A stretch of 63,987 nucleotides of DNA, filler included, from Rozella allomycis CSF55 (Eukaryota): assembly GCA_000442015.1 (NCBI GenBank). It is 7 parts of 7 records of this genome, joined end to end, with 100 filler letters (N's around TTAATTAATTAA, not from the genome) between each part and the next. Parts side by side here need not be neighbours in the genome. Positions count along the whole stretch, not along the records: positions 35,986 to 42,696 come from KE561369.1; positions 42,797 to 61,207 come from KE561371.1; 5 more parts are not named here. The stretch is one strand, 5' to 3'. The notes beneath the pieces were generated by a model, which was not told where the DNA came from, made no database searches, and saw nothing but the letters and a program-made list of their open reading frames with translations. Position 1 is the first letter of the stretch. Each line of letters starts with the position of its first letter. The position numbers and the translations under genes are program-made. Of this stretch, positions 36,029 through 48,642 are shown in pieces.

Positions 36029-38104
36029 TTATACGGAGTAAACCACTTCCATGGCCTTCTTAAGATTCTTTATTTTATCTTTTAACATTTTGCGGTTCTC
36101 TTCAACGTCATAAGAATCACTGAGCCAAGATTCAATTTTGCTTGTTCCGACCTTCTTGAAATGTGTACGAAGGTTCTTAGCGATCGCTTGCAAAAATGAT
36201 TGATTTAACGTTAAATTGATTTGATCAATGAAACGTTTTTGGGCGACTAAAGAGTACGCGACTAAAGTCTGATGCATGTCCATCGCCTCACGATCAGTAT
36301 CGAGCAATTTACCGAATCCTAAGGTTTTTAAAGCTTTTAATACAATGCTACTATCGACATTTGTACTAAATACCTGCATTAGCTTCTCTTCAAGCTCCGC
36401 TAATTTCAATGCCTCCAATCGAGCAATAAATTCTGGGTTGTGTGTCCACGGTTTATATTCTTTAAGAAGTACTTTCTCAATTTCCAAATCCACGTTCTTA
36501 GTTATTTTGTCAATTAGATTATTCGCTAAATGCATCATATTGCTACTAAACTGAGAACTGTAGCAACAATGTTTTTTTACAATATCGAGCAATGTTTTTC
36601 TTACCTTTTTATCATATTCATGACGTAGCTTCTCCATCGGTTTCGTCCATTTTTGAATCTCAATTTTCAAAAGGCCGCAAAATACCTTGCTTGAAGGAAA
36701 AACAGGAAGCTCTTCACCTCGTAAATTTGAAATCATCTCGACAATCGGTTCTAACGGAACTCTGAACTGAGCTTTATGAAAGCTTCTGACTTCATCGTCT
36801 TCTGTTCTAGCTTCAATCTCATCGTTGGTAATTTCAACAACTTCACCNTAATTTCAACAACTTCACCACAGATTATTCTTTCTTCAACTATTATTTCCAC
36901 CTTGTCACCCGCCTTCAAGTCATCTTTGGTTTTAACCTTTATTCTCGAAACCTCGCGATTGAATTCATAATCGTCTTTACGCAACTGAGCGCGGAGCCTC
37001 ATATTCAGGTCTTTGAAAAATTCATTATCGAGATCATATGAACCCTTGATGCATGCTTTAAAATATTCTTCAATATTAGAAACAACATCATCGAAATGCA
37101 AAAGCTTTTCAGTCTCATTATGAAATCCCGGGCCAATCTTTTCGAGTTCAACTTGAGCTTCAGAGAGTTGTTTTTTTATTTCTTCACTAACAATTGGCAT
37201 ATAATAATCAATTCGTTTCTCCATCTGGACAATCAACTTTTTTCGTAAGATGCTTGATTCCAACAAGGCCTTTGTTAACTTCGTTCCAAGGCTTTCTCGT
37301 GTGAAAAAACTTTTCTTCCAGCTTTAGGGCATCTTTGATACTGACCCCTTCATTTAATTCTTTCTGTCCACGACATCTCACTGCATGGTAACCCAATTTT
37401 AATTTCTTTGCCCTATTTTGAAGTAAATTAATCACAGAATCTTCTGCACCTTCATCAACCAAGTCTGGTTTGGTTATCACGGCAATTGTTCTTTCCCCTT
37501 CAGGATCTGCAACGTATGCAGCTTGCAGTATTTCAGAATTGTGCATATCAACATTTGCAGGAACAACTGCTACAATAATAGTGCGAGGTTGTTCTAAATA
37601 ACGCTTCACAAGAGACCTGATTTTTTCAATAATACCATAATCTTCATTATCAGTCACTGTTCTCACGATCCCTGGCAAATCAATTAAAGATAAGTTTGGA
37701 AGGTCCGGTCCTTTGATATTGATAACAATTGAATCGTCACTAATGCTTTGACCTTCACTAACAAGGACAGCCGTAAAATCTCTTATAGCATCAGTTACAT
37801 CAGAAAGACTCTTGACTTCTCTCACCAACTCATGCGTATTGTCTTCGTTATTTTCAAATCTTTGAATCCTTGCTGTACCTTCAAAACGATCACCTTCATT
37901 CAGAATAAGTTGCGTAGCACATCGAGTACAAATTTTATCAGAGGATGGAAACTGAATACCTGATATGGCAGATAAAAGAGAACTTTTTCCAGATGATGTG
38001 TCTCCCATCACAGCGATTTGAGGTAACCCAACATACTTTTGAACACCCGCAGCACTAAGTTTTTGAAGTTTGTCTCTCAATCTCTCTGATTGCAAACTAG
38101 CCAT
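36029..38104 (-). CDS. Mx-like dynamin-related GTPase (frameshift at 37238-37243 homopolymer; N at 36848)
   Basis: LPQIAVMGDTSSGKSS, CTRCAT, LIDLPGI, TKPDLVD, stalk LPVFPS and GED-like C-terminus; no introns apparent. Confidence 0.88.
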
Positions 38105-38359
38105 TGAAATCTGCCTTAAACCGTTGGTATTTATATTTTTCTGTAACAGATGATCTAATCTGATTAAAACGGAACTACAAAAAGACCCTTGTGAAGATCT
38201 TAAAATCCGAGTTGATTGCTAATTTGCTTTAAATGAACGAATTTTAATATTAACATCTAAGTGAACCTCAATTACATGGGCATATTTTAAATTCGTTTTA
38301 ATAGTTAATAAATTACTATCATCATTCAAAAGAAATATAACGGGTAAAATCCGTTTTAT

Positions 38360-39737
38360 TTAATTCAATAAGTGACTTTCAAAATTTACACTTTGTTTTA
38401 ATACCGCTAAATATAATTAAAAGGAGCCATGTACCTGAGAATATCATTTCTTCGCTATGACAAGGATGTTGATCGCTTTGTCCGACAACGATGCAATTTT
38501 CTTCAAAATTATCAAGAACTTCCCCACCACCGGAAAGAATGATAGATTTCAAATCATTTTGTGGAGCTTTTGTTTCTTTTGTTACATAAAACTTCATTCC
38601 ATTGAAAATCTTGGTCTGATTAGCCTGTTCTATAGACTCTGATAGCTTAAAATCAAATTTTTTTTCATTGACTGGGTCTTTAATGTAAAATGAAGAAGGA
38701 TCTGAAGTAATCTCAATAAAATTTGAATACCGATGAATTTACCAGCCTTTTTGCTCTCGTTGACCCAATTCAAAGACACTATCGGCTTCCCACTGGCAAG
38801 ACAACAAAGAAATTTAACCGTTCTTCTTATTTTGTCTGTGCAAAGAATATCACATTCGTCAACAGAATCCACAACAGAGCCCCCTAGACTTCTAATCATG
38901 TTTTCCCGTTTATTATCGACAACACCAGTAAATAGAACTTTAAAGATTAAATCATTCGTCGGAAGATCTTGCTCGAGAGATTTAGATTTCTTTGAAGTTT
39001 TTGCTTTCTTTTCTTTTATCGGTTTTTCTGTCGCGTCATCGCTGGTTTTCTTCCTTTTTCTAGGAGTCTTATTAATCTCTGACTTAATGTCTTCTTTTTG
39101 GTCCTGATTAACATAAGTGGGTTCCTTTGTTGTCTCATTAGTTTCTTTGCCATGAATTTCTTCAGCACCTTTTGATAGTGGTTTCTCAGTTTCATTTTGT
39201 GTTTCTATAGCAGAAACAAGATCCATCATATCGTGCTTCTCAATATCGGCAATCAAGGGTTCAGTTACATCATCTCCAATTTGATCACCGTCGGACCCTG
39301 CATCTTGCAAAGAAATCGATTTATGTTTGGTCATCAGTTCTGAAGGTGCAGTAGAAAACACATCTCTTTCCGCCTAAAATAAAAATATTCAAGTAAATGT
39401 ATTTACAATAGTGAATTTAAATGAAAAATCCCCAATTTTTAGTTGAGAATATGCCAGCAACTGGTATAGTTTAGGAGAAGAGGATAATTTGAAACAATCA
39501 ATTTCGACATTTGTGTTACTGTCACAAATTCTAGGTATAATCTTACTTATCGAGCTTTTCAATAAAGACGATGCTAGATGCCTCACTTGTGTCTGGATTT
39601 TGTGACGCAAAACAATTACCTAATCTGGCCACCTGTTGGGGAAATAAGTTATTAAAAAGCCCTTCTGGCCCACCTATAAAGCTATTTTCGCTAAAAGTAA
39701 CAGTTTGATCCAAATATGCGAGAGTAAAAAGGTACAT
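38360..39737 (-). CDS. Tandem-BRCT DNA damage mediator (MDC1-like)
   Basis: VLFTGV...LGGSVV...IRRTVKFLCCLASGKPIVSLNWV, second BRCT LKSIILSGGG, spliced C-terminus SAVLKQ. Short possible FHA-like N-terminus. Confidence 0.75.
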
Positions 39738-39906
39738 TTATGGCAAGCCACTGTGAAAAGTTAAAACTGTACCTCATTGTGCTATTTTCCATTGAAATTC
39801 GATTACTCTTTATTTTTTAGGAAAATATATTAAATATCAGCAGGGCATTGGTAAAAATAGAGAGACGTAATAAAGTGAGGCTCTATTTAATAAACCATAT
39901 ATTTAT

Positions 39907-40665
39907 TTAAGAATTATCCCAATGTTTAGGTAAATCATTACCTGGAACGAACATTCGTTCGACCCCTTTTTCTTCAATAACAGCTAGGCGTACAACACCT
40001 CCGGATGAGCCATCACGGGCCATAGCAAGTGAAATTGCATTTTTTACAAACCAAATACACTCATCTCTGGTCATTCCTGGCTTAAAATTGCTGTCACAAA
40101 ATCCGTAGATGTATGAAGAACCGCTGCCTAGGCAATTACAGGGAATAATACATACCTCCAATTGCAAAAGGTTCACGAACTAAAGCACCGCCCAAGGGAA
40201 TGCTATAAACTCTGCCTCCATGATATTTATCCCAACCTCCGACAATTATACCAGCCATTAAGCGATCTTTGTTTTGATAGCAAACCTCTTGAAATAATCT
40301 CGCAGCTGTAAATACTTCTGGGGCTTCACCATGCTCTACGCTAATATATTACAATTTATAGTATGATTACGCATACATCTGCAAATAATAGTGCACCATA
40401 TCTGCAACGGCTTGTGTATCTGCAGCCGATCCACTACGGCAACAATAGACTCTATCGTGAACCTTTTATAACTGCTTCTTATAATAAATACCTGTGTCAA
40501 TTTATCTGTAACTCTATTTGCAATGTAGGATCCTGTAGTGGTTCTGGAATCAGCCCCAATCACTACCCCACCGTTAAATTCAACAGCCATAATTGTAGTC
40601 TAATAAGATTTGTCAATTTTGGTTACACCGAGATTAATTTCACCTGGTCTAACTGGTATAGCCAT
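39907..40665 (-). CDS. PRE3: 20S proteasome subunit beta-1
   Basis: Propeptide [63 protein letters not shown]; four short GT-AG introns. Confidence 0.95.
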
Positions 40666-40958
40666 TTCAGTAGCAAGGGTGGATATGAAATTTCAATTTA
40701 TTCTCTGATCATTTATTTTAAATGCATAAAAGATCAAATTTTGAATGTCTATTTCCTTTAGTTTCTTGTTTTGCAAAATATCATTCTGATGTGTGTTGTA
40801 CTCAAGGACACCGTCACACCAGAATAAGTAATAACAAGGCTATTGCAAAGGTCCATCGAAATCAGTGAACTAAATTTTAAATTTTGGGCAGCAATCCTTG
40901 GTTAATTCCATTTATTGAACCATTTCAAGTTCTTAATTGAACCCTAGCCACCCACATA

Positions 40959-42696
40959 ATGACAGTAGCGACTGCCATAATTTTGCATGGGGATGTACCA
41001 GACCATCAAACGAGAAAGGCAATTAGAGTAAGTTCAAGCGATTTATTAGTTTCCTTTTATTCGGTAATAGTCAAGAAATTGGGACTTGTACCGGGTTCTT
41101 ATTCGTTGCATAAAAAGGAAGGGACATCACTTATCCAGCTTGACTTGAACAAATCTGTTGAACAAAATGGGTTAAACGACAAGGATGTTATATATTTTTT
41201 GAATAAGAATGTGAAGGAAGATAGTAATGTTGAAAAGCGATCACGACGAAGTTCATTTTCGACCAGTAATGATTTTCATTATTAGAGAGAGTTACATCAT
41301 TTATTACAAAAGAGCATTCTGATGAGAAAACGAAAAAGTCTAGCTATTTCAGATCGATGCTGCATTCTAAGAGAGATAAGGAGAAACAAGATTCTACTGC
41401 AAAGTGTCAAATTAAAGTTTTTGGAGTTCCATTAAAGATTGCAATGGATCCTGAATTAAATCACGTAGCTGATAATGGGATTCCGTTATTTATTGAGCAG
41501 GCGTTTCAAAAGATTCAGCACAACGGTACTTGCCTTTGTGAGTAATAAAAAGATTTCAAAACAGAGGGAATATTTAGACTGTCCGGCTCATCTTCAACAA
41601 TCAATCAACTGAAAAATCAAATAGATTCGAGTAAAACTGAACAGAGATAATTTAAAATAGATCAGAGTGTGGATTTCAACGTAGAAAATGATCCACATGT
41701 AATTTCAGGATTAATCAAGTTATTCTTGAGAGAATTGCCTGAACCTTTATTAACATTTAAATTATTTAAAGCCTTTAAAAGTCTTCATTGTAAGAAATTT
41801 ATAGAATTGAGAAGAGATGTTGAAAGCGACGATATTAAAGCGTTGTATTGCAAAACATGCTTGTCATTTCTACCTAAAGAGAATTATGTTTTTCTTAAAA
41901 GAATTTTAGAGTTTTTTTGTGCGTTGAATAAATTTGAATCACTCAATAAAATGAGCATGCAAAATATCGCCACAATTTTGGGGCCAAACATACTAAGACC
42001 AGAAAATGAAAGCGGAATTGAGATCATGACGAATACATCAATTGTTAATTACGTTGTCATGTTTATGCTTCAGAATTTTGATAACCTCTTTGACAAAAAT
42101 AACTTGAGCATACCATTTGTTGGAATTGCTGAAGCCCAATATGCATTTGAAGGTCAAGGGCAGCCTTCTGATTTAGTGTTTCAAGAAGGCGACATTCTAT
42201 TCATTTCCGACTGTTGTGATCCTCATGGATGGTGGGCCGGACAGAATAATGGTCTTTCGGGTTCATTCCCATACAATTTTGTAAAGATGCTTGTTCAAAA
42301 TGTATCATATACTACAAACGAAGAATCATTTGACTCAATTTCATCTGTGGGAGATGATGAGGTCAAGAAGAAAAGATTTTCGAGACAAATAGAGCCTGAA
42401 GAACTTCATAGTCAGGAACCGATCGTTGCAGCCAAAAAGGATGAAGATTCCATTTTAAATACATTAAACTTTGAAGTATCGCGGAGAAGAGAGTTGGAAA
42501 AGATTATCAATTTATTAGCGCAAAACTATGAGATGTTGTTAACCAGACTTGGGAAGGTTGAAGAAGAGAATAAACTGTTGAAGAAAAGGATAGATGTTAT
42601 TGAAGGAGATGCAATGATGTTTTCAGCGCCGCCACCGCCTATTCCTAATGCTTCAAATTCGTCGAAATCAATAGGAAAGTCTTCCTCTAATCATAA
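40959..42696 (+). CDS. RhoGAP with N-terminal ubiquitin-like fold, SH3 domain and coiled coil; 3'-truncated by contig end
   Basis: VFGVPL, EGIFRLSG, KLFLRELPEPLLT, NKMSMQNIATILGPNIL, SH3 AQYAF...LVFQEGD...GWWAG...FPYNFV. Confidence 0.88.
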
Positions 42697-42740
42697 NNNN
42701 NNNNNNNNNNNNNNNNNNNNNNNNNNNNNNNNNNNNNNNN

Positions 42741-42752
42741 TTAATTAATTAA
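42741..42752. other. Artificial contig linker
   Basis: TTAATTAATTAA within N run. Confidence 0.95.
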
Positions 42753-42796
42753 NNNNNNNNNNNNNNNNNNNNNNNNNNNNNNNNNNNNNNNNNNNN

Positions 42797-43770
42797 TTGA
42801 CAACTAATTACCATGGCAACTCCGCTTTTAGTATTACAGATTAGGTAATACTAATCTTTTGCCATTGGGTAACGTTAACACCTATAACATATAAACTAAT
42901 TAATATTACCTTGTTATCATCAAGAACAGAATTCAAATTTTCAACCCATTCTACTGATATAGATGATAACGACATGGCAACACCAGCCACTGCGGGGTGC
43001 AAAACAATCCAATGTCTTTTATTCATTTCACCTCTAATATTATCAATAATTTTCTTCTCAATATTCCAGTAAACAAACCATCAGTCCATTCTCTAGTAGT
43101 CTGATCTAATGTACCATACAATTCTTCTTTTGATACTGATTTTGGATCAATCACATACGAAACTGATTCTTTTTTATCATATTCTTCTAAGGCTTTCAAT
43201 AATACTTGCCAACAAGTTGATTTACCACATCCTGATGGTCCAACTATCATTATTCCATGATGAATTCTTTGTATTTGATATAATTGAATAATTTTTTTAT
43301 CCATTCTTCATAATTACTTAAATATAATTTTTTAGAAACTGTTTTTATACATTTCATCAATAAATCTAATTGGTTAACTGAATATTCAATGCCTGGGAAT
43401 AGATTATTTAATAGTTTTTCAAGTAAATTAACATCTGAGCCAACCATTTTAGGCATACTTGAATACAATATTTTTAATTCAATAATATCACTACCTAATT
43501 TTTCACTAACTACTCTACTTTCTTCACTCACTACTCCCATTTTAACCTCTCTTTTGATATTTCCAGCACGTATTAAACAATTCTTTAAAGCTCTCAACCC
43601 AAAATCATAATGATTCTGCACAGAAGCTTGTTCTTTACATAAACTAAACAATGGAACAATTTTTTTAGATAAAATTTCAGCACACTTAAAGCCCTGTGAA
43701 TACAACATAACCTAAAATTTATAATTATTATTATTCTTACTTGAGATATTATTTCATTATCTGGTTTCGG
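42797..43770 (-). pseudogene. Cytoplasmic dynein heavy chain AAA1-AAA2 fragment, degenerate
   Basis: [58 protein letters not shown]. Frameshift near 43300, FDGD motif replaced by foreign sequence, no upstream dynein sequence beyond ~43770. Confidence 0.8.
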
Positions 43771-44108
43771 GAGAGAGTTCTATTGGTTATTGCACTTACT
43801 AAGTCCTTTGTCCATTTTGTGCGTCTACAGACTACAAATCTTAACAAAACACGATACATATGTAATCTCAAAATTCAAATGATAATAATTCTGATTTAAA
43901 AAAAATGCAACATTGAAACGAAAACCTTCCTGTCCAGTTAACGAGCACTGCGAGCCTTGCGCCTATTGAGAGCATTATACGTGATTAACTGATTATACTC
44001 ATTACAGTTACACGTTTTGTCTTATCATAATGCATTGGTAGTATCTGGTAAATCTTTTTTTTCCTGCCTTAAGGTTCCTTATGTCCAAATTTACAAGTTC
44101 TATTTTTC

Positions 44109-45893
44109 ATGAGCTGTCATCTTAAGAGACCAAGAGAAGAAGAAAACGAATCAGAGAAAAAGTCAAACGATGCAGAGATAAAAGCTTGGGTTGCGCAAGA
44201 CGGTGCAGACATAGCAAACATCCCAGCTAATTTACTACCGTTCGAAGAGCGGGTGTTGAACTTGTTAATGGAAAAGGCTGCGCAACAAATACGATAGGAA
44301 ACGCTTAAAAAGGAAATCGCGGAATTGATGAATGAAGCTAGGGAACTCAAGAAAAAAACAGAAATATATAGATTTATTAATGAATTTTGGACAGACGGTG
44401 TACGACAATCTTTCATAGACACACTTTTATAAATTCCGCAGGATCAATTTGACTGTCTGGTGCATGATAAGGGTCCAAATTATAAAAAGTATTCTATACT
44501 GAAAGAAGCAATAAAGAATGCAGGCGTGGACTCTAAAGGAATTGATTTAAGTGTTTTTGGTGTAGAAAGTAAAAACATATTTTGAACCTCACATTGATCC
44601 ATTATTAATGCATTGTCCTTCGGACGTAAAGTAATCAATGGCACAATGGTGAGCTTGGTTTTCATTTTTGTAGACCTATGGACAATTTTGGAATCCCTAT
44701 AACACTTAAATCAAAAAATATTGCATATTTTGTTAATCTCTATGAGAAAGACGAATATGAAAATTTGAATAAGTTCTTCCCCTATGCAGTGAATTTATGT
44801 ATCACCATGTGTAACATGCATCAAAATGAATCAGATCGTCGCTGGGCTTGTAAAAATTTAATCGCATTCACATAAGATAGTATTTGAAGTCCTAAAGAAG
44901 GCTTTTACTTCAATGAATCAGGAGCTAGTATTAGAGGGCAGTGGATATAGAATAGAAAATTCTGTAGCAAACTCTGATGGAATGCCGATTCTGTTAGGGA
45001 AAATCAAGAATGAAATAAGTACCGGTATTTGAGAAATTTGGGCATTAATAAGGTCAAGGATGTATGATTGTTGAAGCAATGACTTTTTACCACCATGCAA
45101 TTAACCGAGCGGCAACCGCTGCCGGTTGTTTATTATTCGCATCTATGGGCTCTCTGGGAGCAATATATGGGTTTTCAAACTATAATGGGAATGTGTTATG
45201 TGAACTTTTGGTCCCATGGAGACATTTTTCATTTACCACCATTGACTATACTGGCTTGATTCATGTTGCCAAGGTTTTATCATTAACAAAAGATTTTATT
45301 TATTTAAAGTTCGATGAGGATATTCCTGGAGACAGCTTCCCTTATTACCGCTCCTTTTTACAGAGGGACTTCACATATAGTAATCAGATTCACCCAGAGA
45401 AGTTATTGTTTAAAATTGAATTAGATGATAAATCAAATGCGATAATCAAGTTCACGAAGACCTACCACTTACAATCTCATCGTTTACTTGCGGAAGCTGG
45501 ATTCGCGCCACAAATCATTCATTATGAGGATATACTCGCTGGATGGAAAGTGATAATCATGGAAGATGTTTCTGATCATTATGATCATGTTATTGAGCTG
45601 AACGATTTAGCAAAGAAAAATGCACGCATGGCGATCGAAACAGTCCTTCATGCAAATAACTTTGTGCATGGCGATTTAAGGTATAGCCTATTTAAAATTT
45701 AAACTGTAGGACTAGCAACATCTTGGTTAACCACGATCAAAATATTTGTATCTTGGATTTTGACTGGGCTGGCGAAATGGGACACGCACGTTACCCTATC
45801 ACAATTAATACTGAAGACAATCTGTGGCACTCAGGTGTTATACCAGGCGGTTTGATAGAAAAGGAACATGATTTGTACTATGTAAATCAATAA
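44109..45893 (+). pseudogene. Crinkler-associated REase-like plus kinase gene, disrupted
   Basis: HGDLR|TSNILV...ILDFDWAG...ARYP (intron 45681-45709), HRLLAEAGFAP, upstream DGMPILLGKIKNE. In-frame stops and shifts in 44300-45060. Confidence 0.7.
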
Positions 45894-45991
45894 AGACAAT
45901 TTCATTTCAAGAAAAATAAACATTGATAATATTACGGGGCATAAATATAATATTGTAGTCCTTAAAAACTCGGCAAATGTTTATTTTTGGT

Positions 45992-47819
45992 TTATTGTAA
46001 GCTCTTAAACATCTCTTTGAAAAACTCTTCCCTTTTTCTTTCTATATCATTAATGTTTCCAGTCTTTTGAAGTCTAGACCCCCCAACAAAGGTTTTCAAC
46101 TCCTTTTCGAAAGGATCTTCTTGAAATTCTTGCTCCTTGCGCCTTATCTTTTCAGATATTTCTATAGCTTTTAAACGCTTATTACTGTCGATATCAACAG
46201 CTGCAATCTCTTGTAGTACGGTGTCCAAACCTTCAAAGTTTTCATCTGGCTTAGGCGGAATAAACCTTTTGCTCTGCTGAATTGTCGCCTTTATTGCTGC
46301 TATCTGCTGTAAAGACTGGATAACCTCTATTAATCCTTCATGATCTTCTTCAAAATCTGCAAGTCTATTGCAATCATCTTTCAACGCTTGCTGTTCACCC
46401 ACGATGACCTGTAGCTCCGTTTCCCATATTTTTTTCCAATTTGACTTTATTGAATCAATAAATTCATTGGTAGATGAAATTTCTTTCTGAATTCGCAACG
46501 CTTCTGTCAATGTGACATTTATACGAGCTTCATTAGGAACAATTTTTCTCTGGGTTACATCTTTTTTCATTTCTTCCACGGCTTCTTGAAGGAATGTAAG
46601 TTTACTTCGTATAGAATCCATTAAATTTGTCAAATTCTTGCGTTCATTATTCATTATAGACCTTTTCGTTGCAACATGCGGGGTTTTGAAAGTATCAAGT
46701 ACCTTGAGTATGTTTTGAATATCAACTTTCAGACTCTCTTTTCTTTTATTCTCTTCTGATCTCAATGTGATCAAAAAGTGTCGGATTTCTGGTATAAACG
46801 ATGTCTTCAAATTATCATCCAATTTTATTTTGCTGTTCATTGCACTTTTAGATGACGCTGCTGCTAAATTAATAGTCGATTCATTGACAAAGGACTTGCG
46901 TATATCTCGTATATCCTTAGACAAGATTGAAAAGCCTTGTTCTATTAATTGTGCTAAATTTTCAGTGTCTTTTATCAACAAATTTTTCTCTATTACCAGA
47001 TTTAATATCAAGTCTAATTGAATCACCATACTGAATTTCAATATCTTCGTCTACTCTACAAGCATCTCCATCTTTCCTGGTGACAGTAATCGGTGGACAT
47101 TCACCCATGGGCGAGTAACCAAAATGCTCAATAAACAAAAGTTGTAAGGATGACTTTGAAATTCTTGATTCTTCGATTTGAACTGTTTTTGACAAATCTC
47201 TTAGTTTCAAAAATACAGTTTTTCCCATTGATTTTCGTTGCTCTTTTCTTGGGGATTTTGTGGAGAGATTTTCTTGCGAAAATTGGCGAAAGTAAGATTC
47301 CATTATCGGACTTGGCTGATCATCTAAAATTCTAACTAAGCCCGCGCTCGATAAATTTAATGGCTGTGAATCATTAGAAGGTCTTAATTTGCTCATCTCC
47401 AGCTGGAAAGAAGATTTATAACGCATCAATTTATCTTCATGATTTTTCAAGACTTCTTTGTTTTCTTCTCCGAGATAAGTTTCTAAATCCAATTTGAAGT
47501 TTGAAGAGATAGCAATTACATTGTCGACAACTTCAGGATGATCATCTTGTGTGATCAAACATAAATCGTTCATAGTACTCGCAAATTCAGTGTACACATT
47601 AGAGCATGTCTCAACGTTTGTTGGCTGTTTTTCTAATATATTAAACAATTTCTCTAAAGCGACAGTAGCTAGGTTAATATGAACTTTTACGTTTTCTGTC
47701 CTTGATAACGACATTTTTCTTGGTGTTTTCGGATCATTTGTTAAATTAGTTATACTTGGAGGCAAATCAATCGAATCCTCCATCGAATGGACGGAGTATT
47801 GGCGATTAAGCTCGTTCAT
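45992..47819 (-). CDS. BUD6: Actin-interacting protein Bud6/Aip3
   Basis: TVFLKLRDLSKTV...LQLLFIEHFGYSP, KKDVTQRKIVP, WKKIWETELQVIVGEQQ. A short intron near 46970-47000 joins the two ORFs. Confidence 0.85.
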
Positions 47820-47893
47820 ATTTTGATTATTTATATTTGCGCAGCCAAGTAATAATAAATGATATCAAAATAAAAGACAAAAAATCAATCAAT

Positions 47894-48478
47894 TTATTTC
47901 CCAATTTCATATTTTTTTCTCAATTCTTCTCGCCATAAATCTTCTGCACACTCTTTTATTGTCCTTTCCCCTTTATTCTCCTTTAATTTTGACCATATTT
48001 GACGGTATTCATCCATAGTGTACTTAATGTTCTTCTTTTGAAGTAATTGCTCAGCGATCTCGTCGGACATAAAAGCAAAATTTCCTGAAACGGCGCTCAC
48101 GATAGCGGAAGCAGTCGCAGGACCTACTCCTTTTAATCTTGAAACTTCATTAAGTACATTTTCAACAAATTCCCAATCCTCTTCATCTTCCTTCAACAGC
48201 TTTTTGAGCTTCATCATGACCTCACGTACATCTTCCTCCGAATTACGGTCTAATTGCTTGAGCAATCCTGGCCTATACTTTCCAACCTATTGTTACTATC
48301 CCTATACGAATACCAGCATTTTCCATTCCGTTATCTTTTTCAAATCTTCAACAGTAACTTGGTTATCTTCAAAAAGTTGGGGAAAGGCACTGGTATACCA
48401 GTCATTCAATTCTTCTAGTTTTTCAGCCTTTTGCGGAGTGGTTTTGTACCTCTGGTGAAATACAGAAACGACAGTCAT
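47894..48478 (-). CDS. Conserved HhH (DNA glycosylase-like) protein
   Basis: ITEWKML|VGKYRPGLL and LKGVGPATASAIVS...FMSDE; one short intron. Confidence 0.7.
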
Positions 48479-48642
48479 TGGGTGTTTACGCTTAATTTTA
48501 ATTTCTAAAAATAAAGATTGCTTAGATTGAAATTTACAATCAAGATGAAGTTTAAAAAATAATAAGAAATAAATACCACAATGACATGATTATGTGCCAT
48601 CAAATATGGTTATATGAGCATAATTAAAAAGCTATTTATTAA

